Of a stretch of 64,000 nucleotides of DNA, positions 39,555 to 48,207 are shown piece by piece. Position 1 is the first letter of the stretch; each line of letters starts with the position of its first letter. This DNA is from a virus. A program made the translations under genes and the position numbers. The notes beneath the pieces are model-generated. The model was not told the origin of the DNA. It searched no databases and saw only the letters and a list, made by a program, of their open reading frames with translations. The stretch is from IMG/VR virus record IMGVR_UViG_3300042880_000288, positions 32,001 to 96,000 of that record. The stretch is one strand, 5' to 3'.

Positions 39555-40138
39555 AGGTATCTTTCTTTAAATTTTGGTGTATCATCTACAGGTTTGTTTA
39601 AGATAATCTCACAATAGTTTGCTAATTCTGACATAAACTGTCTTCCATCTTCTTGTTTCCTAATAAAATACTGTGAGGTTCTCATATAATTATATTGATT
39701 ATCAGCATATTCTCTTATATACTTTTTAGATGCACTAAATATTGTATCCCAATCATAATCATAATTATCAAAAAACCATCTAAATGCATTCTCTAAGTTC
39801 TTTACATTAGATCTTGCATATTTACCGCTAGGAAGTTTTATGTTTGGAAATATTAGGTTATATTGTTCAATATTTTTTAAGAAATCAGTTCCCATAATGA
39901 TTTGAGAACTTTTCTTTTTACTTTTCTTAAAAAACCCATTTATTTCTTCTATAAAGATAATACTTTTATCAGTAATTTGCAAATTTTCTGTTAACCATCC
40001 TGCCTGTTTTAATCTTGTAATTTCTAGATTAGAATTGACAAATGTGTGTGGTTTAATATTTTTTGCAATACTAAATAATACATAAAAACTATTAGGTGTT
40101 AGATTTTCCCTAACTAACTTTTGAAATAATTCCTCCAT
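39551..40138 (-). CDS. Hypothetical protein, possible replication initiator or helicase loader
   Basis: N-terminal winged-helix-like pattern; directly upstream of dnaB; function is inference. Confidence 0.6.
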   Translation of the reverse strand: MEELFQKLVRENLTPNSFYVLFSIAKNIKPHTFVNSNLEITRLKQAGWLTENLQITDKSIIFIEEINGFFKKSKKKSSQIIMGTDFLKNIEQYNLIFPNIKLPSGKYARSNVKNLENAFRWFFDNYDYDWDTIFSASKKYIREYADNQYNYMRTSQYFIRKQEDGRQFMSELANYCEIILNKPVDDTPKFKERYL

Positions 40139-40139
40139 A

Positions 40140-40823
40140 TTACCAAGTTATATGTTTATAGTTTTGTATTTTTATAAATACATTGTCTGAATCCCATTTA
40201 GAACCATTATAAGCTGCACTTGCTGGATGTTTTACCATAAACTTAGTGTTATTATCATCATCAGTAAGAGAAGACCATTCTTCAGCTTTCTTACCCATAT
40301 AAACATAAACAAGTCCTGGATTATAATTATTTAACCAGTCTAATAAATATGCAGTAAAAGGTTTCCATATATCATAATGACTACCAATTTTACCTACTTC
40401 AACTGTAAGAGCTGTATTAAACATAAGAACTCCTTGATTTGCCCATCTTTTTAGGTCCACATCTAAAGATCCTGGATGACCTCTGTAAACAGTTCTGTTT
40501 ACTTCATCTAATATAAATCTTAAACTGGGTTGTAATTGACCTGTATTACTACAACTAAATGATATACCATCTGCTACACCCAACTGTGGATAGGGATCTT
40601 GACCAATCATAACTACTTGTAGTTTATCATATGGACATTCCTCAAATGCCCTAAATACTTGTTTTAGTGTTGGAGTAAATCTTTTATCCTCTTGACTTAG
40701 TGTATAAAGCCTTGTTAGAATATCATCAAACTCACTACTAAATATAAAAGATTTAAGAACTCTACCCCAACCACTGGGTTCAAGTTTGTCAAACATTTTT
40801 TGTTTAATTTCTTCTAAATTCAT
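40140..40823 (-). CDS. ung: Uracil-DNA glycosylase (family 1)
   Basis: GQDPYP, ADGISFS, WANQGVLMFNTALTV, HPAS. Confidence 0.93.
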   Translation of the reverse strand: MNLEEIKQKMFDKLEPSGWGRVLKSFIFSSEFDDILTRLYTLSQEDKRFTPTLKQVFRAFEECPYDKLQVVMIGQDPYPQLGVADGISFSCSNTGQLQPSLRFILDEVNRTVYRGHPGSLDVDLKRWANQGVLMFNTALTVEVGKIGSHYDIWKPFTAYLLDWLNNYNPGLVYVYMGKKAEEWSSLTDDDNNTKFMVKHPASAAYNGSKWDSDNVFIKIQNYKHITW

Positions 40824-40855
40824 TTTTTTCTTTATTTTTGTTTAAAAATTATAGT

Positions 40856-41170
40856 ATGCCGGTTAAAATAATGGAAATTAAAGATGATGCTCTTGTAGAG
40901 ATCCAAGTTAACAAGAACTATTATGCAATGTGTAAAGCCTCTCTAGCATATTTGTTCAAAGAGAATATGGACAAAGGTAAAGATGCTGAAAATCTAGAAG
41001 AATTAAAAGACAAAACATATCATGAAATGTCTGATTTTCAAAGATTATTTTACACTCTATCATTATTAGTTGCTGAAATTGAAAGATCATCTAAACTACA
41101 AGGAAAAGTAGAAGAAAAAGAAATATTAGCTCCTGGAGATGAAGGTTATGAATCTCCTATCCAAGATTAA
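40856..41170 (+). CDS. Hypothetical protein, the only + gene inside the - block
   Basis: Start moved to MPVK; upstream TATTTTTG (40833-40840) fits the Bacteroidota -7 box. Confidence 0.65.
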   Translation: MPVKIMEIKDDALVEIQVNKNYYAMCKASLAYLFKENMDKGKDAENLEELKDKTYHEMSDFQRLFYTLSLLVAEIERSSKLQGKVEEKEILAPGDEGYESPIQD

Positions 41171-41534
41171 TATTAAATTGTTCTTTACCTATCTGTATAC
41201 AAGCTTCAATAGCTAACATTAATTCATCTTTACTGCAATCAGCAAAAGATTTGTAAGTTATCATTAAACCTTCTTTATAGGCTAAACCTGATTGATCTTT
41301 TACAAGACATTTCATCTCATCAAAGGTGTAACCAGATTCTTTGGCTAGTTCTCTTATACAAGCATGTACTTTTGCAAGTTGTGCTTTACTGTGGTCTAAG
41401 CCTACCACATCAATATACATGTCTACTATTTGTCCTTCAGGAATTTTTTCAATAAAAATATCATATGCTGTTTTATCTTTAGAATTTCCGTAGACAAGTT
41501 TACCATTTTTCTTTATGAATTTACCACTAAACAT
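41157..41534 (-). CDS. NinB/Orf-like recombination protein (tentative)
   Basis: KAQLAKVHACIRELAKESGYTFDEMK...KSFADCSKDELM pattern. Confidence 0.5.
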   Translation of the reverse strand: MFSGKFIKKNGKLVYGNSKDKTAYDIFIEKIPEGQIVDMYIDVVGLDHSKAQLAKVHACIRELAKESGYTFDEMKCLVKDQSGLAYKEGLMITYKSFADCSKDELMLAIEACIQIGKEQFNINLG

Positions 41535-41535
41535 A

Positions 41536-41787
41536 CTAACAAGTTATATTACCCATAATTTCTAAAAACTGCTCATAATGAATTCTTTCTGTAATATTTA
41601 ATGCTGGTATATCAAATGATTTTAATGACCATTTATTATCTATAACATCAATATTATCCGTACTATGTAAAAGTACTCCTGAACATAGCTCTTTATTATA
41701 ATAGTAATAATCATATCCATTTTGGCTATCAGAATCAAGTATATCTATTTTCTCAAAGCCAAGATCTATTAATTCTTCTTCAGTCAT
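41536..41787 (-). CDS. Hypothetical protein
   Basis: 83-aa ORF. Confidence 0.6.
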   Translation of the reverse strand: MTEEELIDLGFEKIDILDSDSQNGYDYYYYNKELCSGVLLHSTDNIDVIDNKWSLKSFDIPALNITERIHYEQFLEIMGNITC

Positions 41788-41837
41788 CTTAATCTAAATT
41801 TTTATAAATAATACTAATGATGATTACACACATGCAA

Positions 41838-41933
41838 TCAATCATCCCAGTTATGATACCCTTCATCTCTTAAACTATAAATTATTAAACCTACAATTAT
41901 AACTACTATAATTGCTCCAATTACAAATTCCAT
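41838..41933 (-). CDS. 31-aa single-pass membrane peptide, not in the track
   Basis: MEFVIGAIIVVIIVGLIIYSLRDEGYHNWDD*; coupled to the upstream stop by TAATG. Confidence 0.5.
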   Translation of the reverse strand: MEFVIGAIIVVIIVGLIIYSLRDEGYHNWDD

Positions 41934-42115
41934 TATTTATCTTTTTTAGGTAAATATTTTTTCTCAAATTTCTTCCAACCTTTTGGATCAAACTGTGTGA
42001 CAAGCAAATCAAGTTTTATTTCTTCTTCATGTTCATCACACATTCCAATCCCTTTAATATCCAAATCAGGACTATACCTTTTGGTAGCAGGAGCTCCACA
42101 TTTAATACATTCCAT
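41933..42115 (-). CDS. Small Zn-binding hypothetical protein
   Basis: CIKC...CDEH. Confidence 0.6.
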   Translation of the reverse strand: MECIKCGAPATKRYSPDLDIKGIGMCDEHEEEIKLDLLVTQFDPKGWKKFEKKYLPKKDK

Positions 42116-42342
42116 TAGTAATTAAATTGTAATTCATAATCAGATAAAATCTCTCGAATTTTATCTCTTAAACTTTCATAAGATTCATATAACTCAGGAG
42201 AAAGTTTCTCATTATACTTGGTTTCATTTCTTAAATGTTGATCAACATCAAACAAAGCCATTTTCCATTTGTGACCATCTAATGCATTTCTTGCATCATC
42301 TGCTTCTTCTACAGAATCAAACTTTAAAATTATTTCTGCCAT
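42115..42342 (-). CDS. Hypothetical protein
   Basis: 75-aa ORF, coupled to neighbours. Confidence 0.6.
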   Translation of the reverse strand: MAEIILKFDSVEEADDARNALDGHKWKMALFDVDQHLRNETKYNEKLSPELYESYESLRDKIREILSDYELQFNY

Positions 42343-42737
42343 TGCCCAATAAATGTTTCAGTGTTAATAATATCTCTAATATAGTCAATTTCACTATATT
42401 TTTCATTATCAAGAGTCCATAGTCCCATTTCTTTTATTCTTTTGTCTCTTAAAGTAATTATAGAATATCCAGTAAGATAAGAATTATCTTCATCATTACT
42501 GCTTAGCATTCCAATAAGATTTTCTTTTTCTATTTGAGTAATATATCCGGTTTTTACCAATAAATTTACTTCAGATAAAAAGATAAACGGCCTAAATTCT
42601 CCTTTCTTTGTACCATGTGTGTACATATACCACAGATACCCCATATTACTGTCTTCTACTTTACATACCATATGATGTTCATGGCATATATTTTCAATCA
42701 AACTTGTGATCTTCTTGTCTCTAAACACTTTTATCAT
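42330..42737 (-). CDS. Hypothetical protein
   Basis: 135-aa ORF. Confidence 0.6.
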   Translation of the reverse strand: MIKVFRDKKITSLIENICHEHHMVCKVEDSNMGYLWYMYTHGTKKGEFRPFIFLSEVNLLVKTGYITQIEKENLIGMLSSNDEDNSYLTGYSIITLRDKRIKEMGLWTLDNEKYSEIDYIRDIINTETFIGQWQK

Positions 42738-43015
42738 GATACTAAAAATTTAAATATTGCTTTTAGTTTATTGTGTTCATCTATCAACCATTCTGGAGTA
42801 AATACTTCAGTATGCTCTACAAAGTTAACTCTAGTATGATACTCAAGATCATGTGTAAAGTTTACTACCCAGATATAACTGATGTAGAGTTTAAATTCAA
42901 GACTCACATTTACTTCCTTTGAAATAAATGTATAAACATGATGATTAACCTTAGATCTATGAAATCCATACTTTACAAGCTTTTTACCTATTAATTCTGT
43001 TTCTCTAAGTGTCAT
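42734..43015 (-). CDS. Hypothetical protein
   Basis: 93-aa ORF. Confidence 0.55.
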   Translation of the reverse strand: MTLRETELIGKKLVKYGFHRSKVNHHVYTFISKEVNVSLEFKLYISYIWVVNFTHDLEYHTRVNFVEHTEVFTPEWLIDEHNKLKAIFKFLVS

Positions 43016-43016
43016 A

Positions 43017-43037
43017 CATTCTATTCTGATTTAAAGG
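43017..43037 (-). repeat. 21-bp direct repeat, copy 1 (CCTTTAAATCAGAATAGAATG)
   Basis: Exact copy; supplies FKSE* of ORF 43021..43215. Confidence 0.95.
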
Positions 43038-43215
43038 GTGAAATTCCTAATTCTATTTTTCCTTTGTGTTTTGACTTTTCTCCTGTAAAATGTACTGAAG
43101 AAACAGTTCCCCATACTTTTTTGCCGTTTCTTATAAAATACATTTTTGCACCTAAGTCTGGTTGTCCTAACTTGTTGTAAGTTTCGGAGTCAAAATATCT
43201 TTTTGCCATTGCCAT
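43021..43215 (-). CDS. Hypothetical cassette protein
   Basis: Starts at the ATG of repeat copy 2 and ends FKSE* in copy 1. Confidence 0.6.
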   Translation of the reverse strand: MAMAKRYFDSETYNKLGQPDLGAKMYFIRNGKKVWGTVSSVHFTGEKSKHKGKIELGISPFKSE

Positions 43216-43233
43216 TCTATTCTGATTTAAAGG
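43213..43233 (-). repeat. 21-bp direct repeat, copy 2
   Basis: Exact copy, directly after the TAA of ORF 43234..43494. Confidence 0.95.
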
Positions 43234-43494
43234 TTAATTTTTTCTACTCTTTCTTGCTTTAGCCATAACTTCATCAGGATGGAAAAAGTAATCTAAGAAA
43301 CATTTTTTAGAACAAAAATGCTTTAGTCTTGATACAGATGTCATAAGTTTAACTGAAGTATCAGTGTCTTGATTATTATTATAATAATTCAAGTCCATTG
43401 TTATCCAATTATCTGGTACATCATTCTCATTTCTCAAGCACTTTGTTTGTTTTTCATTAAGTATACTACACTGATTACATTTGTAAACTATCAT
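43234..43494 (-). CDS. Hypothetical Zn-binding cassette protein
   Basis: CNQC...HFCSKKC; start is the repeat ATG. Confidence 0.6.
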   Translation of the reverse strand: MIVYKCNQCSILNEKQTKCLRNENDVPDNWITMDLNYYNNNQDTDTSVKLMTSVSRLKHFCSKKCFLDYFFHPDEVMAKARKSRKN

Positions 43495-43512
43495 TCTATT
43501 CTGATTTAAAGG
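43492..43512 (-). repeat. 21-bp direct repeat, copy 3
   Basis: Exact copy; supplies FKSE* of ORF 43496..43705. Confidence 0.95.
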
Positions 43513-43705
43513 TTTCTAATCTGTTTACTATTTTTTCAACAACTTTTTTATCCATTCCAATATATCTAAATGTAATATCTACATCTTGAACATCATTTAA
43601 AAAGTCCTTTTGTTGTTGTTCTGTCATTCTAAAAAACATCCATCCATTTTCTTTGTTTCTAATGACCATCCAAAGCATTTTAATAAATAAAAATTTCTGT
43701 TTCAT
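43496..43705 (-). CDS. Hypothetical cassette protein
   Basis: Starts and ends inside repeats. Confidence 0.6.
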   Translation of the reverse strand: MKQKFLFIKMLWMVIRNKENGWMFFRMTEQQQKDFLNDVQDVDITFRYIGMDKKVVEKIVNRLETFKSE

Positions 43706-43723
43706 TCTATTCTGATTTAAAGG
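43703..43723 (-). repeat. 21-bp direct repeat, copy 4
   Basis: Exact copy, directly after the stop of the radical SAM gene. Confidence 0.95.
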
Positions 43724-44590
43724 TTAAAAAATATAACGGATTGTATTCCAAGGTATTATCTCATCATGCATTTTAACAAACTGTTTGATATAATCAGCTT
43801 TTCTATTGTGCTCATACCTAAGATTCTTTCCACCATACTGTGATACTTTTCCTTCCTGTATTTTAGGTACCCATAATAGTTCTTCTCCTGGAAGTTTATT
43901 AGCTAGATTATACTTATGTTTCTCTTCATTATGAGTTAAGAAAATTACTTCAGCTTTTACATTATCAGTATTCCATTTATTAAAAGTAGAATGTCTGTTG
44001 ATTATATAAAACAAAAACTCATACTCTACAAGCCAATTATCATGAACTATTACTGGACTAAAATTTAAGTGAACTTCATATCCTGCTCTTAAAAACAAGT
44101 ATACAGCATTTAATCTTTCATCAAGAGAACTTGTATTAGGTTCAAGAACTTTTCTCCATATCTCAGGCATAAGACTAAATCTTACTCTAATCTTACCTTC
44201 TGGATTAAACTTCAATAAATCATGATTTACATACTTTGTAGCAAATGAACCCATAGCAAGTGGATGATCTCTAAAGAAAGCAAATATCTTCTCCCATTCA
44301 TGATATTTAGCATGCAGAGCAAAGTCTTCATTACAAGATATATCATAAGTAATATACTCTCCTGTTTGATTAGGTTTTTCTACTGTAGAAAAATAAGCAT
44401 GTGAATTAATCTCTGTCAGGATATCCATAGTATTTGTAGCTACAGATAATCCTTCCGGCTTATGTCTCTTCATATAACAATAAGAACAGTTATACAAACA
44501 ACCATGACCAAAGGAGGGACTGATAAAATCAGTACTCCTCCCACTTGGTCTAATTATCATAGATTTTCTGGTAACTTTCTCAACTATCAT
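43724..44590 (-). CDS. Spore photoproduct lyase-like radical SAM enzyme
   Basis: GCLYNCSYCY (CxxxCxxC), DISCNED, FATK, RVRFSLMP, SSLDERL, GYEVHLNFSPVI; start moved to MIVEK. Confidence 0.85.
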   Translation of the reverse strand: MIVEKVTRKSMIIRPSGRSTDFISPSFGHGCLYNCSYCYMKRHKPEGLSVATNTMDILTEINSHAYFSTVEKPNQTGEYITYDISCNEDFALHAKYHEWEKIFAFFRDHPLAMGSFATKYVNHDLLKFNPEGKIRVRFSLMPEIWRKVLEPNTSSLDERLNAVYLFLRAGYEVHLNFSPVIVHDNWLVEYEFLFYIINRHSTFNKWNTDNVKAEVIFLTHNEEKHKYNLANKLPGEELLWVPKIQEGKVSQYGGKNLRYEHNRKADYIKQFVKMHDEIIPWNTIRYIF

Positions 44591-44591
44591 T

Positions 44592-44993
44592 TTAAATATA
44601 TGAATAGATGACATATAAAATTTCAGGATGAAAATGTGCAAAAAATAAAAATGCAATAGTTGCCATTGATAATGCTGAATCTAATCTTTTAAACTGTACC
44701 ATTGTCTCCCAATATTTTCTTCTTTTTAGATACCTATTTATTGGACTTTGTATGATGGATAAAAGAAATATAATTAAATAAACATACCATAATTCACTAA
44801 TAGCCATTCCTAATATTAGGAATATTACATAAATTAATGAGAAACAGCCTAATCCAAATTTAATTGTTTTGTCATCTTCTTCACTGTGTTTTGTTTTGTA
44901 AAGAACTCTTACATAACCTCTAGCTTTAATAAATATAACTAGTTCATAACAAAATGCTGTGCCCAACATAAGGGCTAAAATTACGTCTTTCAT
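44592..44993 (-). CDS. Membrane protein (3-4 TM segments)
   Basis: Hydrophobic segments. Confidence 0.65.
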   Translation of the reverse strand: MKDVILALMLGTAFCYELVIFIKARGYVRVLYKTKHSEEDDKTIKFGLGCFSLIYVIFLILGMAISELWYVYLIIFLLSIIQSPINRYLKRRKYWETMVQFKRLDSALSMATIAFLFFAHFHPEILYVIYSYI

Positions 44994-45187
44994 GATTTTT
45001 TGTTTTTTTGTTCTAAGTAATCAATAATAAAACCAATAGCAACTAGTATATTCATACCACAGGATGCTATTATTTCATGAATGTCCTCATATACTGAAGA
45101 CATTAAATGTACATGACCCACCATCCAGAATGGTACAGATAAGTTTTGACTTATCCATACCACTAAATATTTTAGAAAGTGTTTCAT
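44990..45187 (-). CDS. Small membrane protein
   Basis: 65 aa, two hydrophobic segments. Confidence 0.6.
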   Translation of the reverse strand: MKHFLKYLVVWISQNLSVPFWMVGHVHLMSSVYEDIHEIIASCGMNILVAIGFIIDYLEQKNKKS

Positions 45188-45203
45188 TTAATCACCTTCT
45201 TCA

Positions 45204-45461
45204 TTATTCAATCTCTTTTTCTTGTCTGGCTTCTCCGTAGTGGGATGAGAATTTTTTCTTAGACTGTTCCACCTTACTAATCTCTCCTGAATTTTCTGAT
45301 TCAACACTGATTGCTCTAATTTCCTTTTGTTTTCTTTCATACTCTTTCCATTCATAGATTTCTAATTCTTTCATTCTAGCAACATCTGCTATAGTCATGC
45401 CTTCAGGTATACCACCATTGGCTTCAATAATTTCTATACAAACTTCTTTCATTCTTCCCAT
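45204..45461 (-). CDS. Hypothetical protein
   Basis: 85-aa ORF. Confidence 0.55.
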   Translation of the reverse strand: MGRMKEVCIEIIEANGGIPEGMTIADVARMKELEIYEWKEYERKQKEIRAISVESENSGEISKVEQSKKKFSSHYGEARQEKEIE

Positions 45462-45886
45462 AACTTCAAACTTTTTTCTAAAAATAATTTGATTGTAACT
45501 CTAACATCTTTATGCCCTAAAATAGATCCTGCTGCTTTTAGTTTATTATATGTTCTTGTTGACATATCCAATTGAACTCTCTTAAGTCTATTTGAAATAG
45601 ATTTAGGTTCAAAAACATCAAAATCATAAGGGAACATCTGAGCATACACATAAACATTTTGTTTGTATGCCTTATCAGTGTGATATTGTAATGCTAACTT
45701 TTTGTTATAATTAATTCTATCCCTTTTAATTTTTATTGTTGCAGCAATACCATGTTCTGTCATCATAAATTTATAAGCCAGAACAGCAATGAGATAACTT
45801 CTTTGATCAACAAGAATTCTTTTTCTACTTTTACTAATTAAAGGCATAAGAGCTTTTAGCACATCCTCTTTAGTGTAATCTTCCAT
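45449..45886 (-). CDS. Hypothetical protein, possibly DNA-binding (HTH-like)
   Basis: QRSYLIAVL...TEHGIAATIKIKRDRINY. Confidence 0.55.
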   Translation of the reverse strand: MEDYTKEDVLKALMPLISKSRKRILVDQRSYLIAVLAYKFMMTEHGIAATIKIKRDRINYNKKLALQYHTDKAYKQNVYVYAQMFPYDFDVFEPKSISNRLKRVQLDMSTRTYNKLKAAGSILGHKDVRVTIKLFLEKSLKLWEE

Positions 45887-45889
45887 AAA

Positions 45890-46057
45890 TTAAATAAAAA
45901 AAGGAAAGAGTAATCCTTTAAATTCTGCTACAAAGGGTCCTATAAATATTGTACTTATAAACCCATGACTTTGAGACCATAAGTACCAAAACCATAACAT
46001 ACAAATATGGGCTATAATCATATATAGCCATATTAAAATTGGTACTATATCTTTCAT
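45890..46057 (-). CDS. 55-aa membrane protein, not in the track
   Basis: MKDIVPILIWLYMIIAHICMLWFWYLW...FPFFI*; ATGA overlap with the upstream gene. Confidence 0.55.
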   Translation of the reverse strand: MKDIVPILIWLYMIIAHICMLWFWYLWSQSHGFISTIFIGPFVAEFKGLLFPFFI

Positions 46058-46329
46058 ATGTTTATTAAATCTGCTTCATCAGCATAAACCATTTGCTCAC
46101 CCTTCATTTCTACTATGCCTTTAACAATAGCAAATCTTTCTGCAGCATATGATTCATATGGAAAAGATTTAGATGAAAGTTGTAGCTCTTCTAATAAATA
46201 ACCATATTTACCTGGCTGTAATCCAAGAGGTATAACCTCTTTTACATTATAAATTTGGCCTTCTTTTACCCATTCTTCAATAGATACTTTGTTAGGTTTA
46301 TTCTTGTCGTTTATACAAATTACCTTCAT
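46054..46329 (-). CDS. Hypothetical protein
   Basis: 91-aa ORF. Confidence 0.6.
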   Translation of the reverse strand: MKVICINDKNKPNKVSIEEWVKEGQIYNVKEVIPLGLQPGKYGYLLEELQLSSKSFPYESYAAERFAIVKGIVEMKGEQMVYADEADLINI

Positions 46330-46564
46330 ATTCTACAATATCTGTTTTAATATCTAATTCTTCTAGGTTGTTTTTAATTTCAAACATTTCCAAGAAGTCT
46401 CCAGATTTAATATCACAATAACCTTTATCATGAGCTATTAAAGCACATTGTTCAGCCTGAAGTGGTTCATGCCTACAATATCTTATTAGACTAGCTACAA
46501 TATATAAAAAGTCATGTATATCATCATTATACAATCTAAGCTTATGTGTTGTAATTGTTTCCAT
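46298..46564 (-). CDS. clpS: ClpS-like N-degron adaptor
   Basis: LYNDDIHDFLYIV..L...QAEQCALIAHDKG..DIKSG. Confidence 0.75.
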   Translation of the reverse strand: METITTHKLRLYNDDIHDFLYIVASLIRYCRHEPLQAEQCALIAHDKGYCDIKSGDFLEMFEIKNNLEELDIKTDIVEYEGNLYKRQE

Positions 46565-46581
46565 ATATTAAATATACAAAA

Positions 46582-47676
46582 TTATGGGAGCTTTACACCA
46601 TAGTCTTTCCAAATAATTTTAGAGTCATCAAAGTTCTCAAGAGCTTCTTTGACCCATTTTTCATCTATTGAATCCATATAACATAGTATGTGGACAATAG
46701 CTTTATCATCTGGATTTAACCGCAGTAACCTACCAATTCTCTGTGCAGCTTTTCTCTCATTACCATATGCATGCATAATAATACCTTGTTTAAGATTAGG
46801 TATATTAACACCCTCATTTAACTGAGCTACACATGATAATTGTAATATTTCACCATTTTTAAATAGATCAAGATTTTCTGCAGAATTTGGATTTGTACTG
46901 TGATAACTATGACTACACAATCTATCAGCTTGTTCTTGAGTATTAGCAAATACAATACACTTACTTGAAATACTTTTTAAAAGTATTTTAGTATATTCTT
47001 CTTTACTTCTATACTCTTGTAAAGCTTTCATTCTCATAACTCTTACAATATGAGAATTAGATTTAGTTGTTTCTATTCTGTGAGACCAATAATTATAATT
47101 TAGTTGTTCAGAACTTAAAAATGTACCACTGTTACTTTTTATAGGAAAATTCTTTCTTGTATCTAGTTTAATCTGGTGCACAACTATTTGGTAATCATTT
47201 AAGATATTGTTCTCTATTGCAGCATCAGTTACAAATGTATATTCAATAGGGCAAAATTCATCTACCATTTTTCCTTTCTCAGAATTTCTATACTTTGGTG
47301 GAGTACCTGTAAGCCCTAGTACAATACCATCAAAATTCTCAAGAAAATCTCTATGACTGTCTAGTAGACTATGACATTCATCTAGATATACAACATCATA
47401 TTCTCTTGGATCATGTTTAGTCAGACTAAGATAAGTTGTGAATGTAACATTACTCAACATATAATCTAAATTAAACTTTACCGCATCATGGGTCCAACTA
47501 CTAAATATTGAGGTTTTAGGTGCAACTACAAGTATATTCTTTAAAGGAGTATAATGTTGTTGCATATGTCTCAATCCTACTAATGTTTTACCTACACCTG
47601 TTGCAAGACCAAGACCACATCTTTTTTTCTTTTCTGAAACTTTTAAAGCTTCATTTTGGATATCTTCTCTTGTCAT
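46582..47676 (-). CDS. Superfamily 2 (ResIII/UvsW-like) helicase
   Basis: ATGVGKT, DECH, GLTGT, LNEGVNIP, QRIGRLLR. Confidence 0.88.
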   Translation of the reverse strand: MTREDIQNEALKVSEKKKRCGLGLATGVGKTLVGLRHMQQHYTPLKNILVVAPKTSIFSSWTHDAVKFNLDYMLSNVTFTTYLSLTKHDPREYDVVYLDECHSLLDSHRDFLENFDGIVLGLTGTPPKYRNSEKGKMVDEFCPIEYTFVTDAAIENNILNDYQIVVHQIKLDTRKNFPIKSNSGTFLSSEQLNYNYWSHRIETTKSNSHIVRVMRMKALQEYRSKEEYTKILLKSISSKCIVFANTQEQADRLCSHSYHSTNPNSAENLDLFKNGEILQLSCVAQLNEGVNIPNLKQGIIMHAYGNERKAAQRIGRLLRLNPDDKAIVHILCYMDSIDEKWVKEALENFDDSKIIWKDYGVKLP

Positions 47677-47692
47677 AAGTTTATTTTAAGTA

Positions 47693-47786
47693 CTATTAGT
47701 TCTTCAGCTTTCTACTCCCAGCTCCGAGGAATTGTATATAACTTAGCCCATCTCACCGCTGTGTGGGAACTGAAGTTTACTAATAG
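47693..47786. ncRNA. Candidate structured RNA (long interrupted hairpin)
   Basis: Nested stems CTATTAGT/ACTAATAG, CTTCAG/CTGAAG, TCCCA/TGGGA fill the intergenic gap. Confidence 0.4.
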
Positions 47787-47802
47787 CATTTTTGTTATAA
47801 GT

Positions 47803-48207
47803 TTATTTTAACCAATTCATAGTTCTAGCTTCTGAAGGATGTGCATGAATCCAATCATGACAATTTCTGCATACAGGCAACCAAGTACTCTGTACTAAAT
47901 AAAAAGCTTCTCTATTACTACCTGCAAATGTGTGGTGTATATCAGTTGCACCATTAGTACAACCTGCTACTTTAACCATACAAAGATGATTTTCTGTTAG
48001 ATACCTTTCTCTGAGTTTAAGATACTCTTGGTCTTTCTTTTTTCTTTTAGAAGAAACCAGAGGGATTTTATAATCAGTTGGTTTCTGTGAACTGTTATTA
48101 TTAATGGCTTTTTGGCAACTCCAGCAATATTTACAGTATTTGAATCCCTCATGGTTTTTCCAGATGACTGTCTCTTTCTGACAGCCATCACAGATTTTAA
48201 GTTTCAT
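47803..48207 (-). CDS. HNH endonuclease with N-terminal Zn finger
   Basis: CDGC..CKYC; C...C..ATDIHH...VCRNCHDWIH. Confidence 0.75.
   Translation of the reverse strand: MKLKICDGCQKETVIWKNHEGFKYCKYCWSCQKAINNNSSQKPTDYKIPLVSSKRKKKDQEYLKLRERYLTENHLCMVKVAGCTNGATDIHHTFAGSNREAFYLVQSTWLPVCRNCHDWIHAHPSEARTMNWLK

Noticed and set aside
43017-43723. CRISPR array interpretation of the 21-bp repeats
   Set aside because: Inter-repeat segments are 175-258 bp protein-coding genes, not 25-45 bp spacers, and no cas genes are present
43724-44656. Track start codons giving long overlaps (43724..44656, 23597..24031, 23434..23715, 52612..54048, 58364..58684, 40838..41170)
   Set aside because: The N-terminal extensions overlap neighbours or regulatory elements and are low-complexity; downstream ATGs were chosen
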